Shown here: positions 18,366 through 28,120 of the stretch, in pieces
Layout: every line of letters starts with the position of its first letter
Position numbering within the stretch: the first letter of the stretch is position 1
Source of the DNA: an uncultured archaeon
GTDB taxonomy: Archaea > Asgardarchaeota > Lokiarchaeia > Sigyniarchaeales > SOKP01
Reading direction: 5' to 3'
Length of the DNA stretch: 28,825 nt
Assembly (NCBI GenBank): GCA_964447495.1
Contig: CAYUTF010000018.1
Coordinates: forward strand, 1-28,825
Program-made: the position numbers and the translations under genes
Notes under the pieces: model-generated
What the model saw: only the letters and a program-made list of their open reading frames with translations
Told to the model about the DNA's origin: nothing
Database searches by the model: none

Positions 18366-19475
18366 TTGAAGAAAAGAAATATATGTTGTTGGGACTTAGA
18401 GGGACCTATTAGCATAATTGACTTTGCTGCGGAATTATGTGAGGTATTAGATAAAAAGATTAAAAATGAAAACCCGAAAAGAAATATAGAATTTCTATTT
18501 AGCATGATATCTAGCTATGATGATTATCTTATCGACACACCTGGTATTAAAAAAAAATTAAGCATTCTTGATTATCAACCAGGAGATACGTTAAGATTGA
18601 TTGCACCATTGTATATTTCTTATTTTTCAAATACAGAATTAACTCATCTAGCTAATCAAAATTCTGGATTATTACTTGGTTGCCAAGATCTAATGTTAAA
18701 ACTCCAACACTCTTGGGATATTTATATAATATCAACTAGTTATGAGCAATTTGCATACTCATTTAGTAAAGTCTTGAATGTCGCTAAAGACCATATTTAT
18801 TGTACCTCTTTAAACATAGATGAATTAAAAAACAATATGGCTTCTATTAAAGATGAAATGGACATTTTAATTGATGATATCTTTTATTTATATTTGAAGC
18901 ATAAAAATGATTTGTCTTTTGTTATTGATGATTTAAATAGTTTCTTTTGGAATAAGGAAAATAACAATTATTTGAAGATTATGGACCAAATTAAAGTTAG
19001 AGGAGGAAAGCGTAAGGAGAAAGCAATTGAAGAGATTTCAGAATTAAATAGAGTAGATATATCGGAATTAATTGCTATTGGAGACTCGATTACAGATATC
19101 AATATGCTTCAAAGAGTAAGAGATGAGGGTGGAATTGCCATCTCATTCAATGGTAGTCGATTTTCCGTTAAGAAAGCAAATATAGCTATTACCTCTATAA
19201 GTAATTTAGGAGTTTTACCCATTTTTGAGTCAAAAGATACATTTCAGAACATATTAGATGTTTGGGAAAACATGTATGATATCTTCAAAAATAATCCGAA
19301 ATATATTCCAGATGAATTGATTTCAAAATCAACGAAAAATTTATTTATCTTATATAATATTGTACCAGAAATAGATTATTTAACAAATAAAAATTCTGTC
19401 GAAATTGAAAAAATTATCAAAAAACAAGAAGATATGCGAAGATTTGTCAGAGGAAAAGCAGGCAAATTGAATTAG
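18366..19475 (+). CDS. HAD-superfamily hydrolase, AF1437/EhaR-like (COG4030 type)
   Basis: WDLEGP (motif I), SYDDYL, YQPGDTLRL, ISTSYEQF (motif II), IGDSITDINML (motif IV) and SFNG. Confidence 0.82.
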   Translation: MKKRNICCWDLEGPISIIDFAAELCEVLDKKIKNENPKRNIEFLFSMISSYDDYLIDTPGIKKKLSILDYQPGDTLRLIAPLYISYFSNTELTHLANQNSGLLLGCQDLMLKLQHSWDIYIISTSYEQFAYSFSKVLNVAKDHIYCTSLNIDELKNNMASIKDEMDILIDDIFYLYLKHKNDLSFVIDDLNSFFWNKENNNYLKIMDQIKVRGGKRKEKAIEEISELNRVDISELIAIGDSITDINMLQRVRDEGGIAISFNGSRFSVKKANIAITSISNLGVLPIFESKDTFQNILDVWENMYDIFKNNPKYIPDELISKSTKNLFILYNIVPEIDYLTNKNSVEIEKIIKKQEDMRRFVRGKAGKLN

Positions 19476-19480
19476 AGATC

Positions 19481-20110
19481 TCATTCTTGATTCTGCTCTT
19501 TATTTTCAGAAAAATATGCTTTAAAAAATTCTTTCCCTTTTTTCATTGAATTTAGCTTACTCAAGCTCATAAAGTATTGTATTAAAAAGCTAACTAAGGA
19601 TAAAATAATTAAAAACCATATCGACATATAGATCACTGGCATCGAAAGAAAAAAATTTCTTGTTAAATACATGAAAATAATTCCTAAAATTGAAATAATG
19701 AGATTGATCTTTATTTTTTTCGATTGAAATTTAAAATCTTTAATTAATTTGTGATTTTTTAGGCTCTCATAACAACTACAACATATTAATGGCATTTCAA
19801 TATTAAATCTTTCTTTCAAATAAAGTTTCTGCATAACTGTTAACATCCTATCAATCTGATTACCACAAAATCTACATGAAAAAATATGTCTCTTTGTTCT
19901 ATCTATTTCTATTTTATTAATTACATTTTGGGGAAAATAACAATCATCATCGTTATAATGTTTACATGTTTTACAAGTTAAAAGAATCTCCATCTGTTTT
20001 TCTTGAAGCATAGTTTTATTTGGTATCATAAAAAAGGAGTAATTTGAGTGATATTGACAAATAACACGTCCTTTTTCATCAATTTCAAATGAAGGTTCTA
20101 CAAATGACAT
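19481..20110 (-). CDS. Cys/His-rich putative zinc-binding protein with two C-terminal TM helices
   Basis: CQYH, CKTCKH..C, CRFC and CCSC motifs, then two hydrophobic helices. The start is either ATG 20110 or 20155. Confidence 0.7.
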   Translation of the reverse strand: MSFVEPSFEIDEKGRVICQYHSNYSFFMIPNKTMLQEKQMEILLTCKTCKHYNDDDCYFPQNVINKIEIDRTKRHIFSCRFCGNQIDRMLTVMQKLYLKERFNIEMPLICCSCYESLKNHKLIKDFKFQSKKIKINLIISILGIIFMYLTRNFFLSMPVIYMSIWFLIILSLVSFLIQYFMSLSKLNSMKKGKEFFKAYFSENKEQNQE

Positions 20111-20356
20111 AATGATATGAGAGTTATTATCTAATTTTACGAAGGTAATTATCATATAATTATTTAACTCTAATAAAAGACAATTATACCACTAAATTAA
20201 TTTAATAAATGATAAATTAATTTCAAACCAGAGTAAAATAAATATGATAACTGACTCAATATATAACATAAATCCTTTTAATTATAATTAAAAGTAATAA
20301 ATCTTATAAAAATTTACAAAATTAAAATTAATTAAAATATTTTATTTAGAGGTAAG

Positions 20357-23170
20357 ATGACAGCCATTTCAAATAAGTTATACGATATTGGTAATATTTT
20401 ATATGAATCTCTTGATGATCTGATTTATATTCTCAATGAAAAGTACGAATGTGAATATGTTAACTCTACGATACACGAGAAAAAATTAGGTTACAATTCT
20501 CTCTTTAAAAAGTTCCAAAATTTTGTACATATTCGCGATTTAAAAAAATTTAATAAATTTATTTATAAACTTAAAGAAACAGGTACCGCAAATGATCAAT
20601 TTAGAATTAGAGATCGTATTGATTACTGTTATTTTGATATAAAGGGTAGGAAATTTTACGATAATGAATCGAATATTAAATTCTTACTAATTCTTAGGGA
20701 TATTTCTGATTTTAAGGCAGTAGAAACGCAACTATTCAAGCGTGTAGAAAAATTAAAAGATTTAGCTGAAACGCTCCCTGAAATAAGATTTTGGAATCTT
20801 TTACAAACTAAAACTTCGAAAAAAGCGTTACAACGAACAAGGGATATGCTAGAAAAAGTAATTGATCATATTCCTCAATTATTATATTGGAAAGATAAGG
20901 ATTTGAATTATATTGGTTGTAACTTAAATTATGCTCTAATCAATGATCTTGAAAATCCCCAAGACATAATTGGTAAAAAAGACGATGAATTACCTTGGAT
21001 AAAGAATCAAATTCCATCAATACAAGAAAATGAATTAAGAGTCATGAACAGGAATAAAAATCAGCATACGATAGAATCATGGAATTTTCTCAATAATGAA
21101 AAAAAGCATTTTGAGATCAATAGAATTCCACTTCAAAATATTGACGGAGATATTATAGGCATTTTAGTGACTTATAATGATATTACAGATCGCACCCACG
21201 CAGAAGAAAAACTCAAAGAATCAGAAAAAAAATATAGAAATATTATTGAAAGTATTCAAGAAGGGTATTTTGAAGTTGATTTAAAGGGAAATTTTACTTT
21301 TTTTAATGAGCCTTTTAAAGAGTTAACAGGTTATTCTCAAAAGGAATTATTAGGTAAAAACTATCGCGAATTAACTGACGAAGAGAATCAAAAGAAGATC
21401 TTTGAATACTATAACGAGATTTTCATGAGAGAAATTAGAAAACAAATTATTCAATTTAAATTCTTTAATAAAAAAAAAATTCCAATTATTATAGAAAGCT
21501 CAGTCGATTTAATATATGATTCAGAGGGAAAAAAAGCCGGTTTTTTTGGAATTGGAAGGGACATTACTGAAAAATTTAGCTTAGAACAAAAGCTTAAACA
21601 GTCTGAAGAAATGTATCGGTTAATAACAGAAAATGCTTACGATTTAATTTCAATTATAAATCAAAATCTTAAATTTGAATATGCAAATGAAGGACCCTTC
21701 TTCTCGATTTTAGGTTATACAAAAGATGAAATTATCGGGAGATCAGTCTTAGATTTAATAAATCTTGAAGACAGAGAAAGAGCACTGAAAATATTAACAA
21801 AAGGCTTGAAAGAAGGTGAAGGTATTCTTGAAACGAAAGTAAAACATAAAAAAGGTCATTTCTTATGGTTTGAAGTAAAAGGAAAAGCGTTCAAAGATAG
21901 AGATGGGAAAGTAAAAGGAATCTTGACGGGAAGAGACATTACGGAAAGGAAATTAGCTGAAGAAAAATTGAGAATTCTTAATCTAGAGCAAGAAATAATC
22001 ATCCAAGAAAAAACCAAAGAACTTCGAGATTCTGAAGAAAAGTATCGCCATTTATATGAGAATTCTCCATATGGGATAATTTTATTAAACACTAAAGGTG
22101 AAATTATTGATATTAACACAGCTATTACAAAAATATTTGGGTATAAGAGAGATGATTTACTTGGTAAAAACTATTTAAATTTATTAAGCGTTTATCCGGA
22201 AGAAACAAAGCCGCTATTAAGAAAAGTGGGTTATCTTCTTTCAAAAAATAATCATGAAGCCCCAAAATTTAAACCACAATCAATTAGAATTTATCAAAAA
22301 GATGGGAGTGAATGTTGGGTTGATTCTGAGATATCTTTAATAAGATTAGGCGAAGATTTAATATTACAGTTGATTATTCAAGATATTACCGAGAAAAAAA
22401 AAGCAGAAGAGATGTTAAAAGAATCAGAAAGATTATTAAGAAGCCAATACACTGAATTAAAAGAATTAGACAGGCTCAAAACAGATTTTATAAGTATAGC
22501 TGCACATGAATTGAAAACTCCATTGATTTCAGTAGGAGGGTATGTTGATCTTATATTATTACGAGAAAAAGATTTGAAAAATGAAATTAAGGAAGATCTC
22601 AGTCGTGTTTTGAATAATGTGCATCGATTAGAAGATTACATTAATCGTTTACTTGATGTTTTGAAAATTGATGCTAGGAAAATGGAACTTCTTCTTAAAC
22701 CCGTTAATATTTCTCGAATTATAGAGAATAGTTTACAAGAATTAGATTTTCAATTAAGTCAAAAAGAATTGAATATCAATGTAAGTATTGATAAAAATAT
22801 AATGATAAAAGGTGATTCTTTTAGAATACAACAAGTACTCTCTAATTTAATTTCCAATGCAATTAAATTTACATCAAAACAAGGGTTTATTGATATTTCA
22901 GCAACATTACAAGGCGATTATTATGAAATAAAAATTGAGGATAATGGAAAAGGATTAACAGAAGATCAGATAAGTAAATTGTTTGGAAAATTTGTCACAT
23001 TAGAAATGACTTCCGAAAATTTTTCTACCTTTGAAAAGGGAAGTGGGTTGGGCTTATATATTGCAAAAGGTATTATTGAAGCTCATGAAGGAAAAATCTG
23101 GGTGAAAAGTGAAGGTTTAGGGAAAGGCTCCAAATTTTATTTTACCTTACCAATTTTGAAAGAAAATTAA
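20357..23170 (+). CDS. Cytoplasmic multi-PAS sensor histidine kinase
   Basis: About 5 PAS/PAC units ending in RDIS/NDIT/RDIT/RDIT/QDIT. H-box AAHELKTPL, N-box NLISNAIKF, G1 DNGKG, G2 GSGLGL. No TM segments. Confidence 0.93.
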   Translation: MTAISNKLYDIGNILYESLDDLIYILNEKYECEYVNSTIHEKKLGYNSLFKKFQNFVHIRDLKKFNKFIYKLKETGTANDQFRIRDRIDYCYFDIKGRKFYDNESNIKFLLILRDISDFKAVETQLFKRVEKLKDLAETLPEIRFWNLLQTKTSKKALQRTRDMLEKVIDHIPQLLYWKDKDLNYIGCNLNYALINDLENPQDIIGKKDDELPWIKNQIPSIQENELRVMNRNKNQHTIESWNFLNNEKKHFEINRIPLQNIDGDIIGILVTYNDITDRTHAEEKLKESEKKYRNIIESIQEGYFEVDLKGNFTFFNEPFKELTGYSQKELLGKNYRELTDEENQKKIFEYYNEIFMREIRKQIIQFKFFNKKKIPIIIESSVDLIYDSEGKKAGFFGIGRDITEKFSLEQKLKQSEEMYRLITENAYDLISIINQNLKFEYANEGPFFSILGYTKDEIIGRSVLDLINLEDRERALKILTKGLKEGEGILETKVKHKKGHFLWFEVKGKAFKDRDGKVKGILTGRDITERKLAEEKLRILNLEQEIIIQEKTKELRDSEEKYRHLYENSPYGIILLNTKGEIIDINTAITKIFGYKRDDLLGKNYLNLLSVYPEETKPLLRKVGYLLSKNNHEAPKFKPQSIRIYQKDGSECWVDSEISLIRLGEDLILQLIIQDITEKKKAEEMLKESERLLRSQYTELKELDRLKTDFISIAAHELKTPLISVGGYVDLILLREKDLKNEIKEDLSRVLNNVHRLEDYINRLLDVLKIDARKMELLLKPVNISRIIENSLQELDFQLSQKELNINVSIDKNIMIKGDSFRIQQVLSNLISNAIKFTSKQGFIDISATLQGDYYEIKIEDNGKGLTEDQISKLFGKFVTLEMTSENFSTFEKGSGLGLYIAKGIIEAHEGKIWVKSEGLGKGSKFYFTLPILKEN

Positions 23171-23311
23171 AAATTAAGCAATCAGTAAAGACTAATAAGA
23201 TATTTTATTTTCTTTTAAAAATATATAGAAATTTAAAGATCTGTTATTCTTTATTACTTAAAAGAGCAGTATTTAAAAAAAAGCTAAAAAAACCTAAAAG
23301 AATTTTATTCT

Positions 23312-25489
23312 ATGTCTACACTATTAGTTTCTGAAAAAAATAAGGCAGCTCAAGCAATTGCAGAAGCGTTAGGTAACGTTAAAGTTATAAAAGTAAATAA
23401 AGTGAGTATATATCACGTCCCTTCTGAAAATCTTTATGTAATCCCTCTGAGAGGGCACATTCTTGAATATCGAAATACCGATAAATATAGAGATTGGAAA
23501 AATCCAAGTCCACGTGAGATAATTACTAATCCTAATGCAATTGAGAAGGTTCCTATTAAGTATTCTGGATCCTATATTAAGATATTGAAAGATTATGCTA
23601 AAAGTGCGAATTATTGCATTATAGGAACTGATGCCGATATTGAGGGCGTCAATATAGGTTTATATGATGCCTTACCTTTTATAAAACAAGTTAATCCAAA
23701 CATAAAAGTCCATCAACTATGGTTGAGTTCTCTCCAAAAAAATGAAATTGTATCTAAATTTCATAATTTAATTCCGCCAAAATATAGCTGGGGCGCTTCG
23801 GGTGAGGCAAGAGCCATAATAGACGCTTTTATTGGCTTTTCAGCTACGCGTGAAGTCACAAATACGCTTAAGCCCTTACTAATGACCTATAATGTTAAAT
23901 TTACTTCTATTGGACGAGTTCAGACTAGTCTTCTGTATCTTATATATAAACGCGAGCAAATGATTGACGATTTTATCCCAGAACCCTACTTTATCATTGA
24001 AGCAATTTTATTTCATGAAAACGGGATCTTTAAAGCTCAACATGATCTAAACCCCTTCATAAAAGAACATGAGAATAAAGCAAAACTCATATACGAAAAA
24101 GTTAAAAATGAAAAAATAGCATATATAATTGATAATTCAAAAGAAATTATCAAGAGGGCGCCACCTGCTCCATTAAATACAACAAAAGCTTTAATTTTAT
24201 TAACAAAAAATCTAAAAATATCCGCGAATCTAGCCCTGAAAACAATGAATGCACTGTATCTTAATAAAATAATCACTTATCCACGAACAGAAAGTGATAT
24301 CTATAAATCAAATTTCGATCACATACAACTCTTACAAAACTTCCTTACTCACTCAATGTATGGAAAATATACGAGTGCACTAATTTCCAACAACAAATTC
24401 ACTCCTATTTCTAAAGGCAAAAAAGATGCGGGAGATCATCCTCCAATTACTCCACTTGAAACTCTTGAATTAAATAGTAAACGATTTGAAAATGACCTTC
24501 AACAAAAAGTATATAATTTATTAGCTAGACATTATCTTGCCCTTTTTGGGGATCATGCTCTTGAGTCGAAGCAAAAATTACATCTTAAAATACATGATGA
24601 GCCCTTTACCGCGCAAATTGTCTCTTTAATTCAGGAGGGCTATTTAGAGATTGCTCCATTTTTAAAATCACATTATGATACAGCGATTCAAATATCTGGA
24701 AATACCGTTCCAATTAAAGAAATCCACTTGGAAAAGAAAATGACAAAACCCCCTCCCAGATATCAAGATCCTTCATTATTGAAATTAATGGAAAGGAACA
24801 ATTTAGGCACAAAATCTACCCGCCCGCAGATAATTAAAATTCTTCAATCCCGCGAATTAATCATTCGAAAAAAATATCAATATTTTATTACCGATTTGGG
24901 TAAATTTTTAATCGAAAATTTAATGAAAGTATGGCTTCCTTTCTTGGAACCTGATTTCACCAGAAAAGTTGAAGAAAAACTAAATTATATTATAACAGGC
25001 GCTAAATCTATGGATGAAATAGTTATAGAAGTAAAAAAAGAATTTCTTGAGCTTTTTGATAAGTTTATTGCCAATAAAAAGAATCTTCAACTGGAGATAC
25101 AGGATCATATTATAACTAAAAAAAACACTATGTCCGCTACTTCAGTATCGAAGAAACCCATTTTAACTTCTTCAAATTGTCCATATTGCCATCAATCACC
25201 AATGAAATTTATTAACCTTAAAGGAAAACGATTTTTAGTGTGTTCAGATGATAATTGTAAGAAATATCTATCATTACCAAAAAAGGGAAAGCTACAATTA
25301 ATTGCTACTACATGCAAATTATGTAATTTTAATATATTTAAAGTATCCTTAAAAAAACAAAACAGAACATATACTTATTATCTTTGCCCTAAGTGTTGGA
25401 ATGAAGGGTTGAGTGAGAAAGATGGGAAAGGATTTTGTTCAAACTGCAAAGATTTTAAAATTGAAAGAGATGAATGTATTAGGAAATAA
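23312..25489 (+). CDS. topA: Type IA DNA topoisomerase (archaeal TopA/Topo III) with C-terminal zinc fingers
   Basis: TOPRIM SEK..A, GHI, GTDADIEG, SIGRVQT, catalytic ITYPRTES, DHPPITP and LGTKSTR, plus a Cys-rich tail. Confidence 0.93.
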   Translation: MSTLLVSEKNKAAQAIAEALGNVKVIKVNKVSIYHVPSENLYVIPLRGHILEYRNTDKYRDWKNPSPREIITNPNAIEKVPIKYSGSYIKILKDYAKSANYCIIGTDADIEGVNIGLYDALPFIKQVNPNIKVHQLWLSSLQKNEIVSKFHNLIPPKYSWGASGEARAIIDAFIGFSATREVTNTLKPLLMTYNVKFTSIGRVQTSLLYLIYKREQMIDDFIPEPYFIIEAILFHENGIFKAQHDLNPFIKEHENKAKLIYEKVKNEKIAYIIDNSKEIIKRAPPAPLNTTKALILLTKNLKISANLALKTMNALYLNKIITYPRTESDIYKSNFDHIQLLQNFLTHSMYGKYTSALISNNKFTPISKGKKDAGDHPPITPLETLELNSKRFENDLQQKVYNLLARHYLALFGDHALESKQKLHLKIHDEPFTAQIVSLIQEGYLEIAPFLKSHYDTAIQISGNTVPIKEIHLEKKMTKPPPRYQDPSLLKLMERNNLGTKSTRPQIIKILQSRELIIRKKYQYFITDLGKFLIENLMKVWLPFLEPDFTRKVEEKLNYIITGAKSMDEIVIEVKKEFLELFDKFIANKKNLQLEIQDHIITKKNTMSATSVSKKPILTSSNCPYCHQSPMKFINLKGKRFLVCSDDNCKKYLSLPKKGKLQLIATTCKLCNFNIFKVSLKKQNRTYTYYLCPKCWNEGLSEKDGKGFCSNCKDFKIERDECIRK

Positions 25490-25552
25490 TTTCCAATTGC
25501 TTTTAGCTCTTAAATTAAAAATACTTTAAAAAAAGAGAATTAAAAAGATACT

Positions 25553-25933
25553 TTATTCCATTTTAAATCGATATTTGTTATATGCCGCTCTTGTAAGTCC
25601 AACGTAATTATCTGAAATTTTGTAATGTAATTTTCCATTAAATACTTTTTTCTCAACATAATCATTTTTTAGGGAGTGATTTAATGAACTTACCATGGTT
25701 CCAAGTGTAACAGCACCCATATATTTCTGATTTTTTTTCGTAATTCGTATTAACTCTAATTCAGAGTGCCAATTTCCATCTAACAAGCCCATTAAGATTC
25801 CATTTTTTACAGGTGTCTTAATATCTTTAATTTTATTAAACAATTGCGAATAATCTGGCTTATAATATTTCTTTAGTAACTTAGTTTGGTAAAAATCACT
25901 ATTTTCTGGAGGTTCCATATATTTTCTCACCAC
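25553..25933 (-). CDS. Hypothetical protein, probable winged-helix fold
   Basis: ILMGLLDGNWHSELELIR...AVTLGTMVSSL...YVEKKVFNGKLHYKI fits a wHTH pattern. The start is GTG 25933 or ATG 25918. Confidence 0.6.
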   Translation of the reverse strand: MVRKYMEPPENSDFYQTKLLKKYYKPDYSQLFNKIKDIKTPVKNGILMGLLDGNWHSELELIRITKKNQKYMGAVTLGTMVSSLNHSLKNDYVEKKVFNGKLHYKISDNYVGLTRAAYNKYRFKME

Positions 25934-26051
25934 TTCAATTATAAATTAGTACTATGATATAATATCGGAATAATATTATTAATCGAGAGTAATATGCTTG
26001 TAATACAAGAAAAAATCTTTTCTATACTGATTTTCTTAATTTTTAGGCATA

Positions 26052-27167
26052 TTATAATAATCCTTCTGGAACTCCTTCGCGGTAATATTGCGCACGTGTG
26101 ATCCAGTTTTTAGAAAATTCAGGAATCATGGCTAAAATGGAACCACCGACCCATACAGAAAATACTCTTTCCCGTGGTGCTATGATCTTAATCGTTTGGT
26201 TTTTTTTCTTTCTTTTGACCAATTCTAATTCCAATTCTTGATACATTCTTGACTTTATATTTTGGAACATAGAGGAGCCTCCTGAAAGAAAAATATTATT
26301 CAGTAATTCGGGACGTATATCCAAATCACACATTTCAATTACATCTAATATTGCCTCTGGTAAAGGAGTTTCCTCTAATTCCAAAGAAGGATTGAATAAT
26401 AATTCTGGTACTTGAAATCGTTCTTTACTTAATGTAATAGTCGATCCATCTGGTAATGAATACGGTTTTTCGTATTGTTCTACCCTTTTCATATCTTCTT
26501 TATAATCTAAGGATACAAAACATGCTTTTTCTTTTAAAGCCCTCACCAATTCCCTTCTTATGGATGAATCTGCGGAATATCCAGTTTCACCTAAAATTTT
26601 TTCCATATATCGAGTAAGGGTTCTTCCACCTATTTCTAAATATTTGATTGCATGATCTAACTTATAACCTTCATAAATAGGAACGATTCTAGTAATGCTG
26701 TCTCCAATTTCAATCACTAAACCCGTTTGAAATCCTCCAGAGTAAAGTGTGAGCATAGAATCTAATACGGGATAAAAGGCCATACACTGATAATGCTCTA
26801 AAAATAATTCAAATAATTTTTCTAGATCTTTCCGTGGAAATAATGGGTGAGTTGCAAATAAAACATTCACTAAACTTGGGTCTACTCTCAAATTATAAAA
26901 AATATAATCGATTATTTTTTCAAAATAACCCCAATCTTGGATAATTCCCTTCTCAATGGGGTAAAATATTTTATAAAGCCCTAAAGATTGAATCTCGTCT
27001 CCGATGAAATACTCATCTTTTTTTATTCCACCATAATCAAAATCAATTTGCTGGTATTTAGTTTGTCCAACAATAGTGAAAAACACTAGACTAGGATTAT
27101 CTTCTCCTGCGAACCCACATTTGGTTGCAAATTGCCCAATATCAAGTACCACAGTTAGATTTGCCAT
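26052..27167 (-). CDS. Actin-family protein (divergent Asgard actin-related protein)
   Basis: Colinear with actin over its full length: KCGFAGED.P, YPIEKG, VPIYEGY, KEKACFV, LPDG, ERF.VPE.LF.P, LSGGSSM, IKIIAP.ER..SVW.GGSILA. Confidence 0.95.
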   Translation of the reverse strand: MANLTVVLDIGQFATKCGFAGEDNPSLVFFTIVGQTKYQQIDFDYGGIKKDEYFIGDEIQSLGLYKIFYPIEKGIIQDWGYFEKIIDYIFYNLRVDPSLVNVLFATHPLFPRKDLEKLFELFLEHYQCMAFYPVLDSMLTLYSGGFQTGLVIEIGDSITRIVPIYEGYKLDHAIKYLEIGGRTLTRYMEKILGETGYSADSSIRRELVRALKEKACFVSLDYKEDMKRVEQYEKPYSLPDGSTITLSKERFQVPELLFNPSLELEETPLPEAILDVIEMCDLDIRPELLNNIFLSGGSSMFQNIKSRMYQELELELVKRKKKNQTIKIIAPRERVFSVWVGGSILAMIPEFSKNWITRAQYYREGVPEGLL

Positions 27168-27192
27168 AACTTAAGTGTTTATAAATCCATTA

Positions 27193-27200
27193 ATTATAAA
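27193..27200 (-). promoter_or_regulatory. TATA-box-like element for the actin-family gene
   Basis: TTTATAAT on the minus strand, about 26 nt upstream of the ATG at 27167. Confidence 0.4.
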
Positions 27201-27235
27201 TTAATTAACCGTTCTCTGACAATAAGTATATCGTT

Positions 27236-27985
27236 TTATACTAATAATATTTTTAGAGGTGTATAGGTTGTTTCTGGAATGAAAGATTCCCCATATGAAG
27301 AATCAATTTCATTACCTCGCAAAATTGCAGTATCTTCTGCCCAGTCTAATACTCTCTCTAAAACTTCTTTTTGAGAAAGATATACTTGCGAAAATATCTC
27401 TTTCTTTCTTTTCCAATACTTCTCAATATCAACCACTACAAATACAGAGCCTTCAATATATTGAAATTTACAAGAAGGAGATTCATAATAATAGACTCCA
27501 AGAGGTTTCCAATTTCGCTCATGACCACCATAGGCCTTACCAGTAGAACAATGATAAATCGCTTCTCGCGTAATAAGGGATAAATTTCGATGCACACGAT
27601 GAAAATCAGAAAAATGAGGTATTAGAATAATATGGGGCTTATTGTCTCGAATTAAATTTGTAATATGAGATATTTTTTCGCGTGTAATTTGCATCTGAGT
27701 GTAGTTTAATTCTAAGATTTTACAATTTAAGATCTTTTGTATCGTATTTAGTTCATTTTGGCGTTGTTCCAAAATCTGCTCTCTTTGCATCGTTTTTGCA
27801 TATCCTCCAAGCCCCGTAGTAGCTACAACTATAGTAATTTCTGAACCTAAATCCTGATATTTTAATAAAGTCCCACCACAAGAAATAATCTCATCATCAG
27901 GATGCCCTGCAAATACCATTATCCTTTTTGGAACTATAATTGGAAAATCATTATCATAAATGAGATATTCTTTTTTTTCCATCAA
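27236..27985 (-). CDS. PIG-L/LmbE-family N-acetylglucosaminyl deacetylase
   Basis: AGHPDDE..CGGTL, VVATTG..G, R..E and DFHRVH motifs. Confidence 0.88.
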   Translation of the reverse strand: MMEKKEYLIYDNDFPIIVPKRIMVFAGHPDDEIISCGGTLLKYQDLGSEITIVVATTGLGGYAKTMQREQILEQRQNELNTIQKILNCKILELNYTQMQITREKISHITNLIRDNKPHIILIPHFSDFHRVHRNLSLITREAIYHCSTGKAYGGHERNWKPLGVYYYESPSCKFQYIEGSVFVVVDIEKYWKRKKEIFSQVYLSQKEVLERVLDWAEDTAILRGNEIDSSYGESFIPETTYTPLKILLV

Positions 27986-28120
27986 TTATTAATTTACTTC
28001 TGAAGGTTAAAAAATTTTATGACATAATTGAATTTCATAGATGATCAAGTAAATATAATAAGAATATAGACGTACTAAATTCATAAAAAAGTAAAAATGA
28101 GAATGAAGCCTTCTTTGTTC

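Noticed and set aside
26052-27167. Calling this gene canonical lokiactin or a specific Arp2/Arp3 ortholog
   Set aside because: The nucleotide-binding motifs are too divergent for lokiactin, and orthology cannot be assigned without a phylogeny.
747-27583. Short ORFs overlapping larger genes (747-932, 2595-2804, 5305-5490, 10306-10500, 10808-11017, 13540-13752, 21856-22119, 24037-24276, 27295-27546, 27371-27583)
   Set aside because: They are antisense or alternate-frame shadows of well-supported CDS and carry no recognisable motifs.
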